In this document: piece by piece, positions 9,945 to 19,659 of the stretch
Numbering within the stretch: the first letter of the stretch is position 1
Layout of the letters: the number at the start of each line of letters is the position of its first letter
From: Bacteroidota bacterium
Lineage (GTDB): Bacteria > Bacteroidota > Bacteroidia > Flavobacteriales_F > PHOS-HE28
Direction: 5' to 3'
Assembly (NCBI GenBank): GCA_018267065.1
Contig: JAFDZG010000106.1
Span: 1-47,291, forward strand
Length of the DNA stretch: 47,291 nucleotides
Notes under the pieces: generated by a model
Seen by the model: only the letters and a program-made list of their open reading frames with translations
What the model was told of the DNA's origin: nothing
The model's database searches: none
Program-made: the position numbers and the translations under genes

Positions 9945-10094
9945 ATGGACCTTCGCAAACGTGCCTTCCGCCTGCTGGCCGAACTGAACAAGGCCGTGCT
10001 GCCCAAGCAATGGAACAGGGACCTCACCCGGCTCAGCAAGCCGCGTAAGCTGCTGGCGGCCTACCGCTACTGGGTAACGCGCAACGCGCTGTGA
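9945..10094 (+). CDS. Small basic hypothetical protein (49 aa)
   Basis: Not in the ORF track (<60 aa). Sequence MDLRKRAFRLLAELNKAVLPKQWNRDLTRLSKPRKLLAAYRYWVTRNAL. By my manual count about 41 of 48 codons after the start codon end in G/C, matching local coding bias. It fills an otherwise empty 160-bp gap. No family recognised. Confidence 0.4.
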   Translation: MDLRKRAFRLLAELNKAVLPKQWNRDLTRLSKPRKLLAAYRYWVTRNAL

Positions 10095-10101
10095 TCACCG
10101 C

Positions 10102-11487
10102 CTATTCCACCAACAGGCGGCCTGTCACAATGCCCTGCCCGCCGGTATACTTCAGCACATACGCGCCGGGCGCCAACTTGGAGATATCCAAGGTTTTCCG
10201 GACGGTGCCCCCGGTGGTGGTCAACGGCTCACGCATCAACAGCTTGCCGTCCGTGCCGCTAACTTCCAGATACTGGCTGCCGCCCATCCGGCTTTGGCCA
10301 AGCACCACGGTGACCAGGTCCTTCGCCGGGTTTGGAAGCACCTGCATGGCCTCCGTTTCAGCAGTAGCCTCCGTAACGCCGATGGTGCACGGCGGTCCTA
10401 CCAGCGTTACCAGCACGAAACTGGTGTCGGCCGGGCAAGGTGCGGCAGTGACCACGTAGGCATAATTGCCCGGGCCGTACAAGGTCAAGTTGATCGGGAC
10501 CCCGTAGGTGTCGATGCCATAACCCTGCGGGCTGAACCAAACGCCCGCCGTGCTTTCACCGGTGACGTAATTGTTGAGGTTGGCGGCGGTTTCATCATAG
10601 CAGAACTCGGCACTGCCCCCCACGCCGGGATTGGAGGCAGGGGCACCGGTGACAGTTACGGTGGCCGTGGGGTCCGGGCAAGGGGCAATGCCCCCCACAT
10701 GGTACACATAAGCTCCGGGGGTGCTGGTGCCCGGGGTAAAGATCCCCGTGGTGTTCCCGCCCGGGCCGGTCCATGTTCCACCGGCAAGCGGGGTGCCGCC
10801 CAACTGGGTGAACAGGTCCACGGGCGGTGCACCTGCCGCAGTACACAGGCTTACCGTGGTGTTGGTGCCGGCTGAATTGTTCGGCATGTAAAGCACCGTG
10901 AGGTATTGGTAGTCGGGCTGGCAGGGTGGTGGCACAGGGAAGTAATACAGGTAAACTCCTTCGGGGCTGGTGCCGGGAATGAAGGTGCCGTTGGGCACGT
11001 TCTGCAATTGGGGGTTCGTCCAAGAGCCTCCCGGGTCCGGCGTGCCGCCCAATTGGGAGATCAGCTGGAACGGAGGCGCATTGGGGCAAATGTTGATGGT
11101 GTTCATTTCGCCCAGGTCATGGACAATGGCAGGCAATACGGTGAGGCTGCCCGTCCACGTGGAGGTGATGGTGCCGTTGTATTGCAGGCTGACGCTCATG
11201 GAGTAGGTGCCCGCATCGAACGGGCCGTAAGGGCCCATGGGGTTGTTGAAGGAGGATGAACCGGAACCAGGCCCTTCCGCCTGGATCACCAAGGTGATGC
11301 TGTTGGTGGTGATGTTGTTCTGCACGAAGGTGAAGCTCATGCCCGGAGGGGCCGTACCCATGATGTGCAAGGTGGCTTCCTGGCAGGCATGGAGCGGGTT
11401 GGGGGTCACCGTGACATTGGTGATGGTTTGCGCGGAAGCTGCGGAAGCCGTCAATAACAAGGATAGAAGGGGTAGGGTTAGGCGCAT
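10102..11487 (-). CDS. Secreted repeat protein with a T9SS C-terminal sorting domain
   Basis: Internal ATG of ORF 10102-11547 gives the signal peptide MRLTLPLLSLLLTASAASAQ. Three internal GGTP..GG.W..P....G.F.PG.S..G.Y.Y......C..D repeats. C-terminal LPNPAKDLVTV...LAPGAYVLKY...RLLVE resembles a Por secretion tail. Confidence 0.8.
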   Translation of the reverse strand: MRLTLPLLSLLLTASAASAQTITNVTVTPNPLHACQEATLHIMGTAPPGMSFTFVQNNITTNSITLVIQAEGPGSGSSSFNNPMGPYGPFDAGTYSMSVSLQYNGTITSTWTGSLTVLPAIVHDLGEMNTINICPNAPPFQLISQLGGTPDPGGSWTNPQLQNVPNGTFIPGTSPEGVYLYYFPVPPPCQPDYQYLTVLYMPNNSAGTNTTVSLCTAAGAPPVDLFTQLGGTPLAGGTWTGPGGNTTGIFTPGTSTPGAYVYHVGGIAPCPDPTATVTVTGAPASNPGVGGSAEFCYDETAANLNNYVTGESTAGVWFSPQGYGIDTYGVPINLTLYGPGNYAYVVTAAPCPADTSFVLVTLVGPPCTIGVTEATAETEAMQVLPNPAKDLVTVVLGQSRMGGSQYLEVSGTDGKLLMREPLTTTGGTVRKTLDISKLAPGAYVLKYTGGQGIVTGRLLVE

Positions 11488-11504
11488 GGGCAATGGTTGT
11501 GAGC

Positions 11505-11512
11505 CAAATTTA
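11505..11512 (-). promoter_or_regulatory. Bacteroidota-type -7 box (TAAATTTG, matches TAnnTTTG)
   Basis: The reverse complement of caaattta lies 17 nt upstream of the ATG at 11487. Confidence 0.35.
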
Positions 11513-11546
11513 ACGGTATTCTCCTTGCACCTTCTAATTTGCGGCA

Positions 11547-13595
11547 ATGCGCCGCTGGATGGTTCCCTTGTTTGCCTGCACTGCTGTTGCCCTGTCGGCG
11601 CAAGTGCGGATCAACGAGGTGAAGTGCACGCGGACCGCGGGCAGCAATGGCCAGGGTGCGGACGGCGATTGGCTGGAACTTTACAATTCCGGGCAAAAGG
11701 AAGTGGACCTTGGTGGGTATGTCCTGGCCTTGGACGGACAATTGCATCCGCTGCCGGCAGGCTTAACGATAGGCCCGGGCAAATGGCAAGTGCTCTGGTG
11801 CGGCCAAGCTGGCGAAACCGCCCCTGACCAGCTTGCCTTCAGCCTGCCGCGAAAGGGAGGTACGCTTTTGCTGGTGGCCCCGGACCGGACCACCGTGCTG
11901 GACATCTTCCACTGGCCGGCCCTTCCGCCCGGCATTTCCATTGGAAGGAGCACGGACGGTGCCAATGGCTGGGGATATTTCACGCATCCGACCCCCGGTA
12001 GCGCCAATCAAGGCGCGGTTCCCAAGCTGATGCGAGCGCCGTCCATCACACCTGTGGAGGGGCGCATGGCCATGAACGCACATGGTGAAGGTACCATCAG
12101 GTACACCCTGGACGCCACGATGCCCGATGAACGATCGCCGGCATACAAAGAACCGTTGGCAGTGGATCGGGGCACCGTGATCACGGCTCGGACATTTGCC
12201 CCGGATGCCGTGCCAAGCCCATGCACCGTGTTCACCTCCGGATTGCCGGATCCAGCTTGGGCGCTGGCCATTGCACCAGCGGATTTTTCCGGACCGGCCG
12301 GCATAGGCGATGTTCCTTCCGGAAACCATGCCCGCAAAGGGCGTGCATGGCAGCGGCAAGCTTGGTTACAGGCCCAAGGCGGCATCTTGCCCATCGGCAT
12401 GGCCATCGCAGGCAATGGTTCGCGCAGCCTGCCCAAGCGCAACTTCAAGCTGCTTTGCCGCGACCGCTTTGGCAGTTCCTCCCCGGTCAAGCTCCCGGAC
12501 GGCAGTGCGTGGCATGAGGTGCTCTTGAGGGCTGATGGCACGCCGAACGCATTTCTGCGCAACCTGATCATGGAAGCCTTGGTGCGCCGCAGCGGTGGCA
12601 GGTTGGACGCGCAGCCCAGTTTTCCGCTGCCGCTTTACCTGAACGGGATGCCGCAAGGCCTGTACCGCGCCATGCCCGCCAAGGGAAAGGAATGGGCGCG
12701 GAGCTTGAACGGGGGGGCGCCCGTTGACCTGGTGGAAGGACCCGGGGCACGCGCAGTAAGCGGCGATGCCATGCCTTATCGGCGCATGTTGAAGGCCATT
12801 GCCGCAGGGCGGCCGCTGGACAGCCTGATGGGCGAGATGGATGCTTCCAGTTTGGTGGAACTGGCCTGTTTTGACCTGTGGACCGGAAGGGCAGACCACG
12901 AGCTCAACGTGCGTTGCTGGCGATCGCAAGCGGCCGGAAGCCGATGGCGGTGGGTGCTCTTTGACATGGACCAGTGGGCCCCCGTGGAGGACCGCACCGT
13001 GCAACGCATGTGTTCCAGTGCATTGCCCGAAACACCTTTCCTGGGGCAGATCCTGGCTGCTGACGAGTTCAAGAACACGTTCCTTGCGCGGATCGCAGCG
13101 CTGATGGCCACCACCCTTAGCCCAGGCCAAACCATCCCCTTGGCGGATTCCTTGTTTTCCCGCTACCACGTGGCCATGGCTTCCGATCAACGTATTTGGA
13201 AGGAGCGCATGGAGGTTCCCTCCCCGCAGGAGGCACATGCCAACCTGCTGGCGCACTTGCAGGGCAGGAACCGGAACATCCAACGCCAATTGGCCGCGTA
13301 CACCGGCCGGGAAATTCGTGCACTTGCCATTGGTGTGGAGCCTGCCCTGGCGGGTCAAGTGTTCGTGGAAGAGTTGCCTTTCACCTCCACCGAAAATGAA
13401 ATGAACGTATTCTCAGGGGTGCCGATGCACCTGCGGGCGGTGCCGGCCCCAGGCATGGAGTTCGCCGGTTGGAAAGGCGCCGAGGGCAATGCCGACAGGC
13501 TTGCCATCTCCATGTTGCGCAATAAGCGCATCACGGCTTTGTTCCGGCCGGTGGGGGTATCAAGCAAGGGCGGCCTGCAACAGCGACTGGAATAG
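11547..13595 (+). CDS. Secreted lamin-tail-domain + CotH family protein
   Basis: 682 aa with a signal peptide. LTD-like INEVKC...DGDWLELYNSGQKEVDLGGYVL, a chitobiase/Fn3-associated-like GTIRYTLDATMPDERSPAYKEPL, and CotH-like blocks (FKLLCRDRFG...LLRADG, PLYLNGMPQGLY, WRWVLFDMDQW). Confidence 0.8.
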   Translation: MRRWMVPLFACTAVALSAQVRINEVKCTRTAGSNGQGADGDWLELYNSGQKEVDLGGYVLALDGQLHPLPAGLTIGPGKWQVLWCGQAGETAPDQLAFSLPRKGGTLLLVAPDRTTVLDIFHWPALPPGISIGRSTDGANGWGYFTHPTPGSANQGAVPKLMRAPSITPVEGRMAMNAHGEGTIRYTLDATMPDERSPAYKEPLAVDRGTVITARTFAPDAVPSPCTVFTSGLPDPAWALAIAPADFSGPAGIGDVPSGNHARKGRAWQRQAWLQAQGGILPIGMAIAGNGSRSLPKRNFKLLCRDRFGSSSPVKLPDGSAWHEVLLRADGTPNAFLRNLIMEALVRRSGGRLDAQPSFPLPLYLNGMPQGLYRAMPAKGKEWARSLNGGAPVDLVEGPGARAVSGDAMPYRRMLKAIAAGRPLDSLMGEMDASSLVELACFDLWTGRADHELNVRCWRSQAAGSRWRWVLFDMDQWAPVEDRTVQRMCSSALPETPFLGQILAADEFKNTFLARIAALMATTLSPGQTIPLADSLFSRYHVAMASDQRIWKERMEVPSPQEAHANLLAHLQGRNRNIQRQLAAYTGREIRALAIGVEPALAGQVFVEELPFTSTENEMNVFSGVPMHLRAVPAPGMEFAGWKGAEGNADRLAISMLRNKRITALFRPVGVSSKGGLQQRLE

Positions 13596-14249
13596 TGCCC
13601 TGCCGTCGGTGTTGCCCAAACGCTCGTCCATGGCCCGCTCCGGGTGGGGCATCATGCCGAACACGTTGCGGCCGGCGTTGCACACGCCCGCAATGTTCTC
13701 CACGCTGCCATTGGGGTTGGCTTCCTCCTTCAACTTGCCTTCGGCGTCGCAGTAGTGGAACAGCACCTGGTCCCCGTCATTCAACGCTTTCAGCGTGGCG
13801 CTGTCCGCATAATAGCGGCCTTCCCCATGTGCTATCGGCACTTGCAGGGCCTTGGGCTTCAGGCCGGCGGTGATGGGCGTGTTCAGCGTGGCGGGCCGGA
13901 TCCACGTGTTCCGGCAAATGAACTTGCGGTCCTCGTTGCGCAACAATGCACCGGGCAGCAGCCCGGCTTCGCACAACACTTGGAAGCCGTTGCAAACACC
14001 GAACACAAGTCCTCCTTTTGCGGCATGCCGCGCCACTTCCTGCATGATCGGTGAAAAGCGGGCGATCGCACCGCTGCGCAGGTAGTCGCCGTAGGAAAAC
14101 CCGCCGGGCAGCAGTACCATGTCGCAGCCGCGCAGGTCATGTTCCTTGTGCCAGAGGCGTTCCACGGGCTGGTGCGTAAGGGATTCCACGGCCAAGGCCA
14201 TGTCATCATCGCAATTGGAGCCGGGAAAAGTGACCACGCCGAATTTCAT
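13560..14249 (-). CDS. purQ: Phosphoribosylformylglycinamidine synthase I (glutaminase subunit)
   Basis: Internal ATG of ORF 13560-14279. MKFGVVTFPGSNCDDDM, GGFSYGDYLR, nucleophile block VCNGFQVL, MMPHPER. Confidence 0.9.
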   Translation of the reverse strand: MKFGVVTFPGSNCDDDMALAVESLTHQPVERLWHKEHDLRGCDMVLLPGGFSYGDYLRSGAIARFSPIMQEVARHAAKGGLVFGVCNGFQVLCEAGLLPGALLRNEDRKFICRNTWIRPATLNTPITAGLKPKALQVPIAHGEGRYYADSATLKALNDGDQVLFHYCDAEGKLKEEANPNGSVENIAGVCNAGRNVFGMMPHPERAMDERLGNTDGRALFQSLLQAALA

Positions 14250-14297
14250 GGGGTTGAGGAATATGCGGCCGGGCCGCAAGATTGCTGCAAAGGTAGC

Positions 14298-15305
14298 TCA
14301 CCCCGCCCACCGCGCCCAGCAGGCCAGGAGCAACAAGCTCCAGGAGGCGGCCTCGTCCCACAGGGACCTGCGCACGGGAAGCAAGGGGTAAGTGAGCAGC
14401 AACGCTGCCGGCGTGGCCAACAGCACCGGTGGAATGCGGTGGTCCAGCAACCAGGCAAAGAGCGCCAACAGGCCCAATGCAAAGGTGAAGGCGAGGAGTG
14501 AGGCGCGGATGTTCTTCTCCCTCATTACGCTGTGCGTGTACACTTTGGCGAACGACAGTATGGTGCTGATGGACAAGATGGCAAGCACGGCGATCAGCAC
14601 CACCCCGTACATCCAGTGGGCTGGTTTTGGTGCTGGGGCATCCCCCGCGTAATGCATGGAGGCTGCCGGTTTCCACGCTTGCGGGTCGATGAAATGCACG
14701 GCGCCCCAGCAAAGCAGGAGCACCGCTGCCAAGCCGATGGCGGGAAGCACATATTCCCTCCAGCTCAAGGGGCGGGTCACGGCCAGTGAAGCCCAGATCA
14801 CCACGATGAGGAAGGCGTACGGCAGGTACAAGGCACTGGCGATGCCCAAGAGCATCCCGGCATCGAAAACGGCGGAAAGGATGCCTTTGTGCCCCACGGC
14901 GGTCCATGTGCGCCCCATGGCGAGGACCACGGCCCACATGCCGATAAAGGCAGGGTCCGGCACCAGTCCGAAGGGGAGCAAGGCCAGGAACAACGGCAGC
15001 AGAAGTACGGGCAAGTGGGTGCGCCGCCCAAAGAGCTCCGAGTCGTTGGCCATGCGGGTAAGGCCATGGGCAAGCCCGGTGAGCAACGCCAGGCTGAATG
15101 CCAAGGACATCCACGGGGAAATTTCCATCACCTTGCGCAGGGGGCTGTACAAGGGCATGCCCTCCGGGCCTTGCCGCAAGGCTTGCAGGCCGGCAGTATA
15201 GGGGCTGCCGCCCGCCGTGCCCGCGCCCGGCCATAACAGCAGCACCAAAACGGGAAGCAGCAGGTACACGGTGATGCGGTCCTGGCGGAAGAAGCGCGTC
15301 AGCAT
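14298..15305 (-). CDS. Polytopic integral membrane protein (hypothetical)
   Basis: 335 aa with about 9 hydrophobic segments (e.g. HLPVLLLPLFLALLPFGL, WMYGVVLIAVLAILSISTIL). The alternative frame 14206-15234 is Arg/Gly/Pro-rich shadow. Confidence 0.65.
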   Translation of the reverse strand: MLTRFFRQDRITVYLLLPVLVLLLWPGAGTAGGSPYTAGLQALRQGPEGMPLYSPLRKVMEISPWMSLAFSLALLTGLAHGLTRMANDSELFGRRTHLPVLLLPLFLALLPFGLVPDPAFIGMWAVVLAMGRTWTAVGHKGILSAVFDAGMLLGIASALYLPYAFLIVVIWASLAVTRPLSWREYVLPAIGLAAVLLLCWGAVHFIDPQAWKPAASMHYAGDAPAPKPAHWMYGVVLIAVLAILSISTILSFAKVYTHSVMREKNIRASLLAFTFALGLLALFAWLLDHRIPPVLLATPAALLLTYPLLPVRRSLWDEAASWSLLLLACWARWAG

Positions 15306-15344
15306 GGGGTGCTCATGCAGCTGTGCACTGTTGGCCCGTGCGTT

Positions 15345-15352
15345 TATATTTG
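15345..15352 (+). promoter_or_regulatory. Bacteroidota-type -7 box (TATATTTG)
   Basis: Exact TAnnTTTG match 24 nt upstream of the ATG at 15377. Confidence 0.4.
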
Positions 15353-15376
15353 CCGCTCCACAAAGCGCAGCGAACC

Positions 15377-15556
15377 ATGACGGATTTCTTCTTCGGCCTC
15401 GGCCATCTCATCCAATGGACCTTGCAGTTCATCGTTGCGGCAAACTGGACCATTCCGGTGATCATCATTGCGGTGCTCCTCTTCGGCATGGCCTACTGGC
15501 TCTATACGCAAACCGTGCTGACGCGGCGTGCCAAGGAGCGCAACGAATTCATTTGA
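15377..15556 (+). CDS. Small membrane protein (59 aa, hypothetical)
   Basis: Internal ATG of ORF 15323-15556. MTDFFFGLGHLIQW..., one clear TM (TIPVIIIAVLLFGMAYWLY) and a basic tail. A promoter-like box lies upstream. Confidence 0.5.
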   Translation: MTDFFFGLGHLIQWTLQFIVAANWTIPVIIIAVLLFGMAYWLYTQTVLTRRAKERNEFI

Positions 15557-16874
15557 CCCCCGCCTTTGCGCCGGGCGCACCGGCCCCTTTCGCCCCCATG
15601 GCGAGCAGGTCCTGCCCGATGTCCGTGCGGTGCGTTTTCCCATCATAGCTGATCAACGAGGCACTGGCGTAGGCATTCAGTATGGCGTGCTCGGCATCCT
15701 TGCCGAAGGCGGTTACGCTGAGCACCCGCCCGCCTGCCGTTACCAGTTCATCATTCTTAAGCGCCGTGCCCGATTGGAAGACGTGGGCCGCCTGCACCAG
15801 GTCCAATCCCACGATGTGCTTGCCGGTCTCATAATTGGCCGGGTACCCTTCCGATGCAAGCACCACCGTGACGCAAGTGCGGTCGTCCACGTCCACGTGC
15901 CTTTCGCTGAGTGTTCCGGTGGCAATGCCCTCGAAGAGGTCCATCAGGTCGCTTCGTAACCTGGGCAGGATGGCCTGCGCTTCCGGATCTCCGAGGCGTA
16001 CGTTGTACTCGATCACGTACGGCTCGCCACCAACGTTCATCAAGCCCATGAAGAGGAAGCCCTGGTAGGGAATGCCCTCGTTGCGCAGGCCGCGGATGGT
16101 GGGCATGGCGATGCGGTCATGCACTTTGCCCATGAAATCCTTGTCCGCGAATTGAACGGGGGACACGGCACCCATGCCACCGGTGTTCGGCCCGGTATCG
16201 CCGTCACCGATGCGTTTGTAGTCCTTGGCCACGGGCAACATCTTGAAGGCTTCGCCGTCCGTGATCAGGAATGCCGAGACTTCCATGCCATGCAGGAACT
16301 GCTCGATCAAAACCCGGTTGGCGGCAGCGCCGAGGCTGTTGCCGCCGAGCATGTCATTCAACGCCTTTTCCGCCTCCTTGCGGCCGGTGGCGATCACCAC
16401 GCCCTTGCCTTGGGCCAGGCCATCGGCCTTGATCACATAGGGGCCTTCCGCGCGGCTGATGTACTCCAAGGCTTCTTTGAGCTGGTCCTTGCCGAAGACG
16501 CGGAACTGCGCCGTGGGAATGTTGTGGCGCAGCATGAACTCCTTGGCGAATTCCTTGCTGCCTTCCAATTGCGCCCCGGCGGCTTTGGGGCCGATCACGG
16601 TGACTCCCTTGAGCTGGGGGTCCGCGGCGATGCGGTCGTGCAGCCCGTCCACCAAGGGGGCCTCAGGGCCCACCACCACCATGCGGATGCGCTTGTCAAT
16701 GATCAACTGGCGCAGTGCGCGCTGGTCCTTCAGGTTTACCTCCACATTGCGGCCATGGCGCACCGTTCCGGGATTGCCAGGGGTCACGTAGAGCTCGTCC
16801 AGCATGGAGCTTTGGGCCAATTTCCAGGCCATGGCGTGCTCACGCCCGCCGCCGCCGATCAACAAAACATTCAT
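15549..16874 (-). CDS. purD: Phosphoribosylamine-glycine ligase
   Basis: Internal ATG of ORF 15549-16919. MNVLLIGGGGREHAMAWKLAQS and ATP-grasp blocks (GPYVIKADGLAQGKGV, PYVIEYNVRLGDPE). It has a short Ala/Gly/Lys-rich C-terminal extension. Confidence 0.92.
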   Translation of the reverse strand: MNVLLIGGGGREHAMAWKLAQSSMLDELYVTPGNPGTVRHGRNVEVNLKDQRALRQLIIDKRIRMVVVGPEAPLVDGLHDRIAADPQLKGVTVIGPKAAGAQLEGSKEFAKEFMLRHNIPTAQFRVFGKDQLKEALEYISRAEGPYVIKADGLAQGKGVVIATGRKEAEKALNDMLGGNSLGAAANRVLIEQFLHGMEVSAFLITDGEAFKMLPVAKDYKRIGDGDTGPNTGGMGAVSPVQFADKDFMGKVHDRIAMPTIRGLRNEGIPYQGFLFMGLMNVGGEPYVIEYNVRLGDPEAQAILPRLRSDLMDLFEGIATGTLSERHVDVDDRTCVTVVLASEGYPANYETGKHIVGLDLVQAAHVFQSGTALKNDELVTAGGRVLSVTAFGKDAEHAILNAYASASLISYDGKTHRTDIGQDLLAMGAKGAGAPGAKAGVK

Positions 16875-16960
16875 GTGCCGCAAGCTTTTGCACAAAGGAA
16901 GGGAGCATCGGCGCGGCAATGAAATGAAGTTGCCAACAATTCAACAATTCCGGTGCAGCA

Positions 16961-17611
16961 TCATTTCACCAGCCCTGCCGCGACGGCCAGGCGCACAAGG
17001 CCGGCCACGTTGTGCACGCCCAGCTTCTTCATCAAGTTGCTGCGGTGCGTGTCCACCGTGCGGGCGGAGATGAAGAGCTTGTCGCCGATCTCCTTGTTGG
17101 ACAATCCTTCGGCCAAGGCTCCCAGGATCTCCAGCTCCCGTGCGGTAAGGCCCTCCAGCCCGGGGGAGCTGCCCGCCGCCGATGTGCGCTGTTGTGCGAG
17201 GCTTTCAGTGATGGCTGCCGAAAAATGCTTCTGCCCTTCGGCCACTGCGCGCACGGCACGCAGCAATTCATCACGGCCGCTGGTCTTCAGCAGGTAGCCA
17301 TCGGCGCCCTTGCCCAGCAGGTCCCGGATCACGGCGGCTTCGTCGTGCATGGTAAGGACGATGACCCGCATCCGGGGCCAGCGCTCCTTGATCTGCCGCA
17401 TCACTTCGGCGCCCCCCATGCCGGGCATGTCCAGGTCCAACAACACCACGTCCACCGCCACGTGCCCCAGCAGGAAGAGCAGGTCCCGCCCGTTTTCGGC
17501 AGTGCCCGCGCATTCCACGTCGGGTGCATCCGCCAGTAGGCGCACCAGGCCTTCGGTGATGATGCGATGGTCGTCGCAAAGAGCGATCTTGATAGACTTG
17601 GGGGAGGGCAT
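16961..17611 (-). CDS. NarL/FixJ (LuxR)-family response regulator
   Basis: Internal ATG of ORF 16961-17656. Receiver domain (IKIALCDDH..., [13 protein letters not shown]) and LuxR HTH ([44 protein letters not shown]). Confidence 0.88.
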   Translation of the reverse strand: MPSPKSIKIALCDDHRIITEGLVRLLADAPDVECAGTAENGRDLLFLLGHVAVDVVLLDLDMPGMGGAEVMRQIKERWPRMRVIVLTMHDEAAVIRDLLGKGADGYLLKTSGRDELLRAVRAVAEGQKHFSAAITESLAQQRTSAAGSSPGLEGLTARELEILGALAEGLSNKEIGDKLFISARTVDTHRSNLMKKLGVHNVAGLVRLAVAAGLVK

Positions 17612-17652
17612 GGAGCTTTTGGTGACGGTGCAAGATGGTGAAGCGCCGCGGA

Positions 17653-19659
17653 TCATTGCACCAATGGGACGCGCAGGGTGGCCACCACGCCGCTTAAATC
17701 GCCGTTGGTGATGTGGAAGTGGCCTTGCAGTGCGCGGGCACGCTCCCGAATGTTGCGAAGGCCGATGCCGTCGCGGCCCTCCGTTTCCCGGGCCAGGCCC
17801 TTGCCATCGTCCTCGTAGATCAGCACCAGGTGGCCCTTGTTCTTCAGCAATTGAAGGCCCACCCGTTGTGCCTGCGCATGCTTCATGGTGTTCTGCACCA
17901 GCTCCTGCGCAATGCGGTACACCCCGGTTTCCACCTCCTTGGGCAAACGGTCGTCCAGTCCGGCCTGGTCCAGGCCATGGTTGATGCCTGAGCCGCCAAA
18001 TGCAAGTTCCATCATGTCGGCAATGGCGGGCACGAGGCCCAGTTCGACCAACGCCTTGGGCATCATTGCGTGTGCAATGTGGCGCACTTCCTTTCCGGCC
18101 TCATCGGCCAAGGTGAGCGCTTCCCTCATGGATGCGGTGGCCAGGGGCTTGCCTGAATGCGCCGCAGCGGCCAATTCTTCCAGGCGGAAGCGCAGGCCGG
18201 TGATCTGCTGGCCCACGCCGTCATGCAGCTCACCCGCGATGCGCTTGCGTTCGGCTTCCGTGGCCGCCAGCACGCCGCGCAACCCCGCCTCACGCTCGCT
18301 GATGATGAGCGCATCGTGCCTGGCGCGCGTTCTCCGGCGCTGCACCTGCAGCAGCAGCAGGGCCGTAACGGTGATGAGGGCAACACCCCCCAGTGTGGTG
18401 ATCAGCCAGAACTTGCGTTGCTCGCTGCGCCGCTCCAGCACGGCGATCTCCGCACGCTGTTCCTGGATCCGGCGTTCCTTTTTTTCCGTCTCGAATTTTG
18501 TTTGTGCCCCGGCCAGCTGCGCGTTCAGGTCGTCGTTGAAGATGGAATCCTTCAATTGCGCGTATTGCTGGTGGTACAGGAAAGTGCTGTCGCCGTGGTT
18601 CAGGCGGGCATGCAGGCGGGACAGGTCCAGCAGCGCTTGGAGCTGCTCGCTCCGGGCACCCGCTGTTCGGCTCATGGCCAAGGCCTGCAGCAGGGTGTTG
18701 CGGGCTGGCCCGAGCCGGCCCTGCCGCAGCATTGTTCCGCCGAGGCCGATCAAGGAGGACGCGATGGCCTTGGGCTGCCCGGCATCCTTGCGGATGGCCA
18801 AGGCTTCGCCATATTGCTCGGCGGCATCGTCCAGCAGGCCCTGTGCCAGGCTGATGCCCGCGAGGTTGTTGAGCTGCACGGCCAGTTCGGGCTTCAGGCC
18901 ATGTTCCCTGAAATAGGCGATGGCCGCAAGGAGGTGTGCGGTGGCTGCGGCCGTGTCGCCCAGTTGGAGCTCCACATTGGCCATATTGCCCTGCGATTGC
19001 GCAAGGCCCTGCCCGTCGTTGATGCGTGCGCGTATGGCGGCTGCGCGGCGGTGGATGGCCAGCGCATCGGGCAAGCGCCTCAAGTTGAACTGCAGGATGC
19101 CGATGTTGTTGAGGATGGTGGCTTCGTGCGCGGGAGGACCGATGCGTTCGTAGATGCCCAGGGCCTTGAGGTCTTCCTCCAGTGCTTCCTCCAGCATGAA
19201 GCGCGATTGGAAAATGATGCCGCGTTTGTTGTGCACGGCGGCCATGCCGGCCGAATCCCGCAGTTGGGTGCGCAGGGCAAGTGCGCGCAAGAGCAGGCTG
19301 TCTGCACGGTTGTATGCGCCGCGGTCCAAGTAGATGATGGAGAGGTCGTTGCAGGCCTGTGCCTCGCCGCGTGGATACTGCAGCTTTCTTGCCAGGTGCA
19401 GCGCCGCATTGCCAAAGAGCATGGCAGAATCCGCATCCACCCTGCGGTAGGCGTAGCAGAGGTCGGAAAGTTTGTGGACCTTGTTGCTATCATCCGGCAA
19501 GGCCAAAACGGTAGCGGGGTTCGGTGCTTCCGATTGCGGTTCGGCAAGGACCGGCCTCCCCGCAAGCGCGCAAACTACCAATAAGGCAAAAGCAAACCCC
19601 GGTCGGCGGGCGCACAGGCACCCACGGACCGGCATGCGGCGGAGCATGCGGCGGAGCAT
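17653..19659 (-). CDS. TPR-repeat sensor histidine kinase (HisKA_3 type)
   Basis: Signal/TM segment, a long TPR-like region, a TM ([21 protein letters not shown]), the H-box [13 protein letters not shown], and an ATPase domain ([25 protein letters not shown]). Three in-frame ATGs (19659, 19647, 19635) make the start ambiguous. Confidence 0.85.
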   Translation of the reverse strand: MLRRMLRRMPVRGCLCARRPGFAFALLVVCALAGRPVLAEPQSEAPNPATVLALPDDSNKVHKLSDLCYAYRRVDADSAMLFGNAALHLARKLQYPRGEAQACNDLSIIYLDRGAYNRADSLLLRALALRTQLRDSAGMAAVHNKRGIIFQSRFMLEEALEEDLKALGIYERIGPPAHEATILNNIGILQFNLRRLPDALAIHRRAAAIRARINDGQGLAQSQGNMANVELQLGDTAAATAHLLAAIAYFREHGLKPELAVQLNNLAGISLAQGLLDDAAEQYGEALAIRKDAGQPKAIASSLIGLGGTMLRQGRLGPARNTLLQALAMSRTAGARSEQLQALLDLSRLHARLNHGDSTFLYHQQYAQLKDSIFNDDLNAQLAGAQTKFETEKKERRIQEQRAEIAVLERRSEQRKFWLITTLGGVALITVTALLLLQVQRRRTRARHDALIISEREAGLRGVLAATEAERKRIAGELHDGVGQQITGLRFRLEELAAAAHSGKPLATASMREALTLADEAGKEVRHIAHAMMPKALVELGLVPAIADMMELAFGGSGINHGLDQAGLDDRLPKEVETGVYRIAQELVQNTMKHAQAQRVGLQLLKNKGHLVLIYEDDGKGLARETEGRDGIGLRNIRERARALQGHFHITNGDLSGVVATLRVPLVQ

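Noticed and set aside
10102-11487. Possible CRISPR-like or tandem DNA array suggested by periodic similarity
   Set aside because: The periodicity comes from protein-domain repeats inside a coding region. There are no short identical direct repeats with unique spacers here or anywhere else in the window.
14206-15234. 342-aa alternative frame overlapping the membrane-protein gene
   Set aside because: The 14298-15305 frame gives about nine clean hydrophobic helices, whereas this frame is Arg/Gly/Pro/His-rich.
17885-19584. Plus-strand ORFs of 343 and 475 aa
   Set aside because: They are antisense to the TPR histidine kinase, whose H-box and ATPase motifs fix the true frame.
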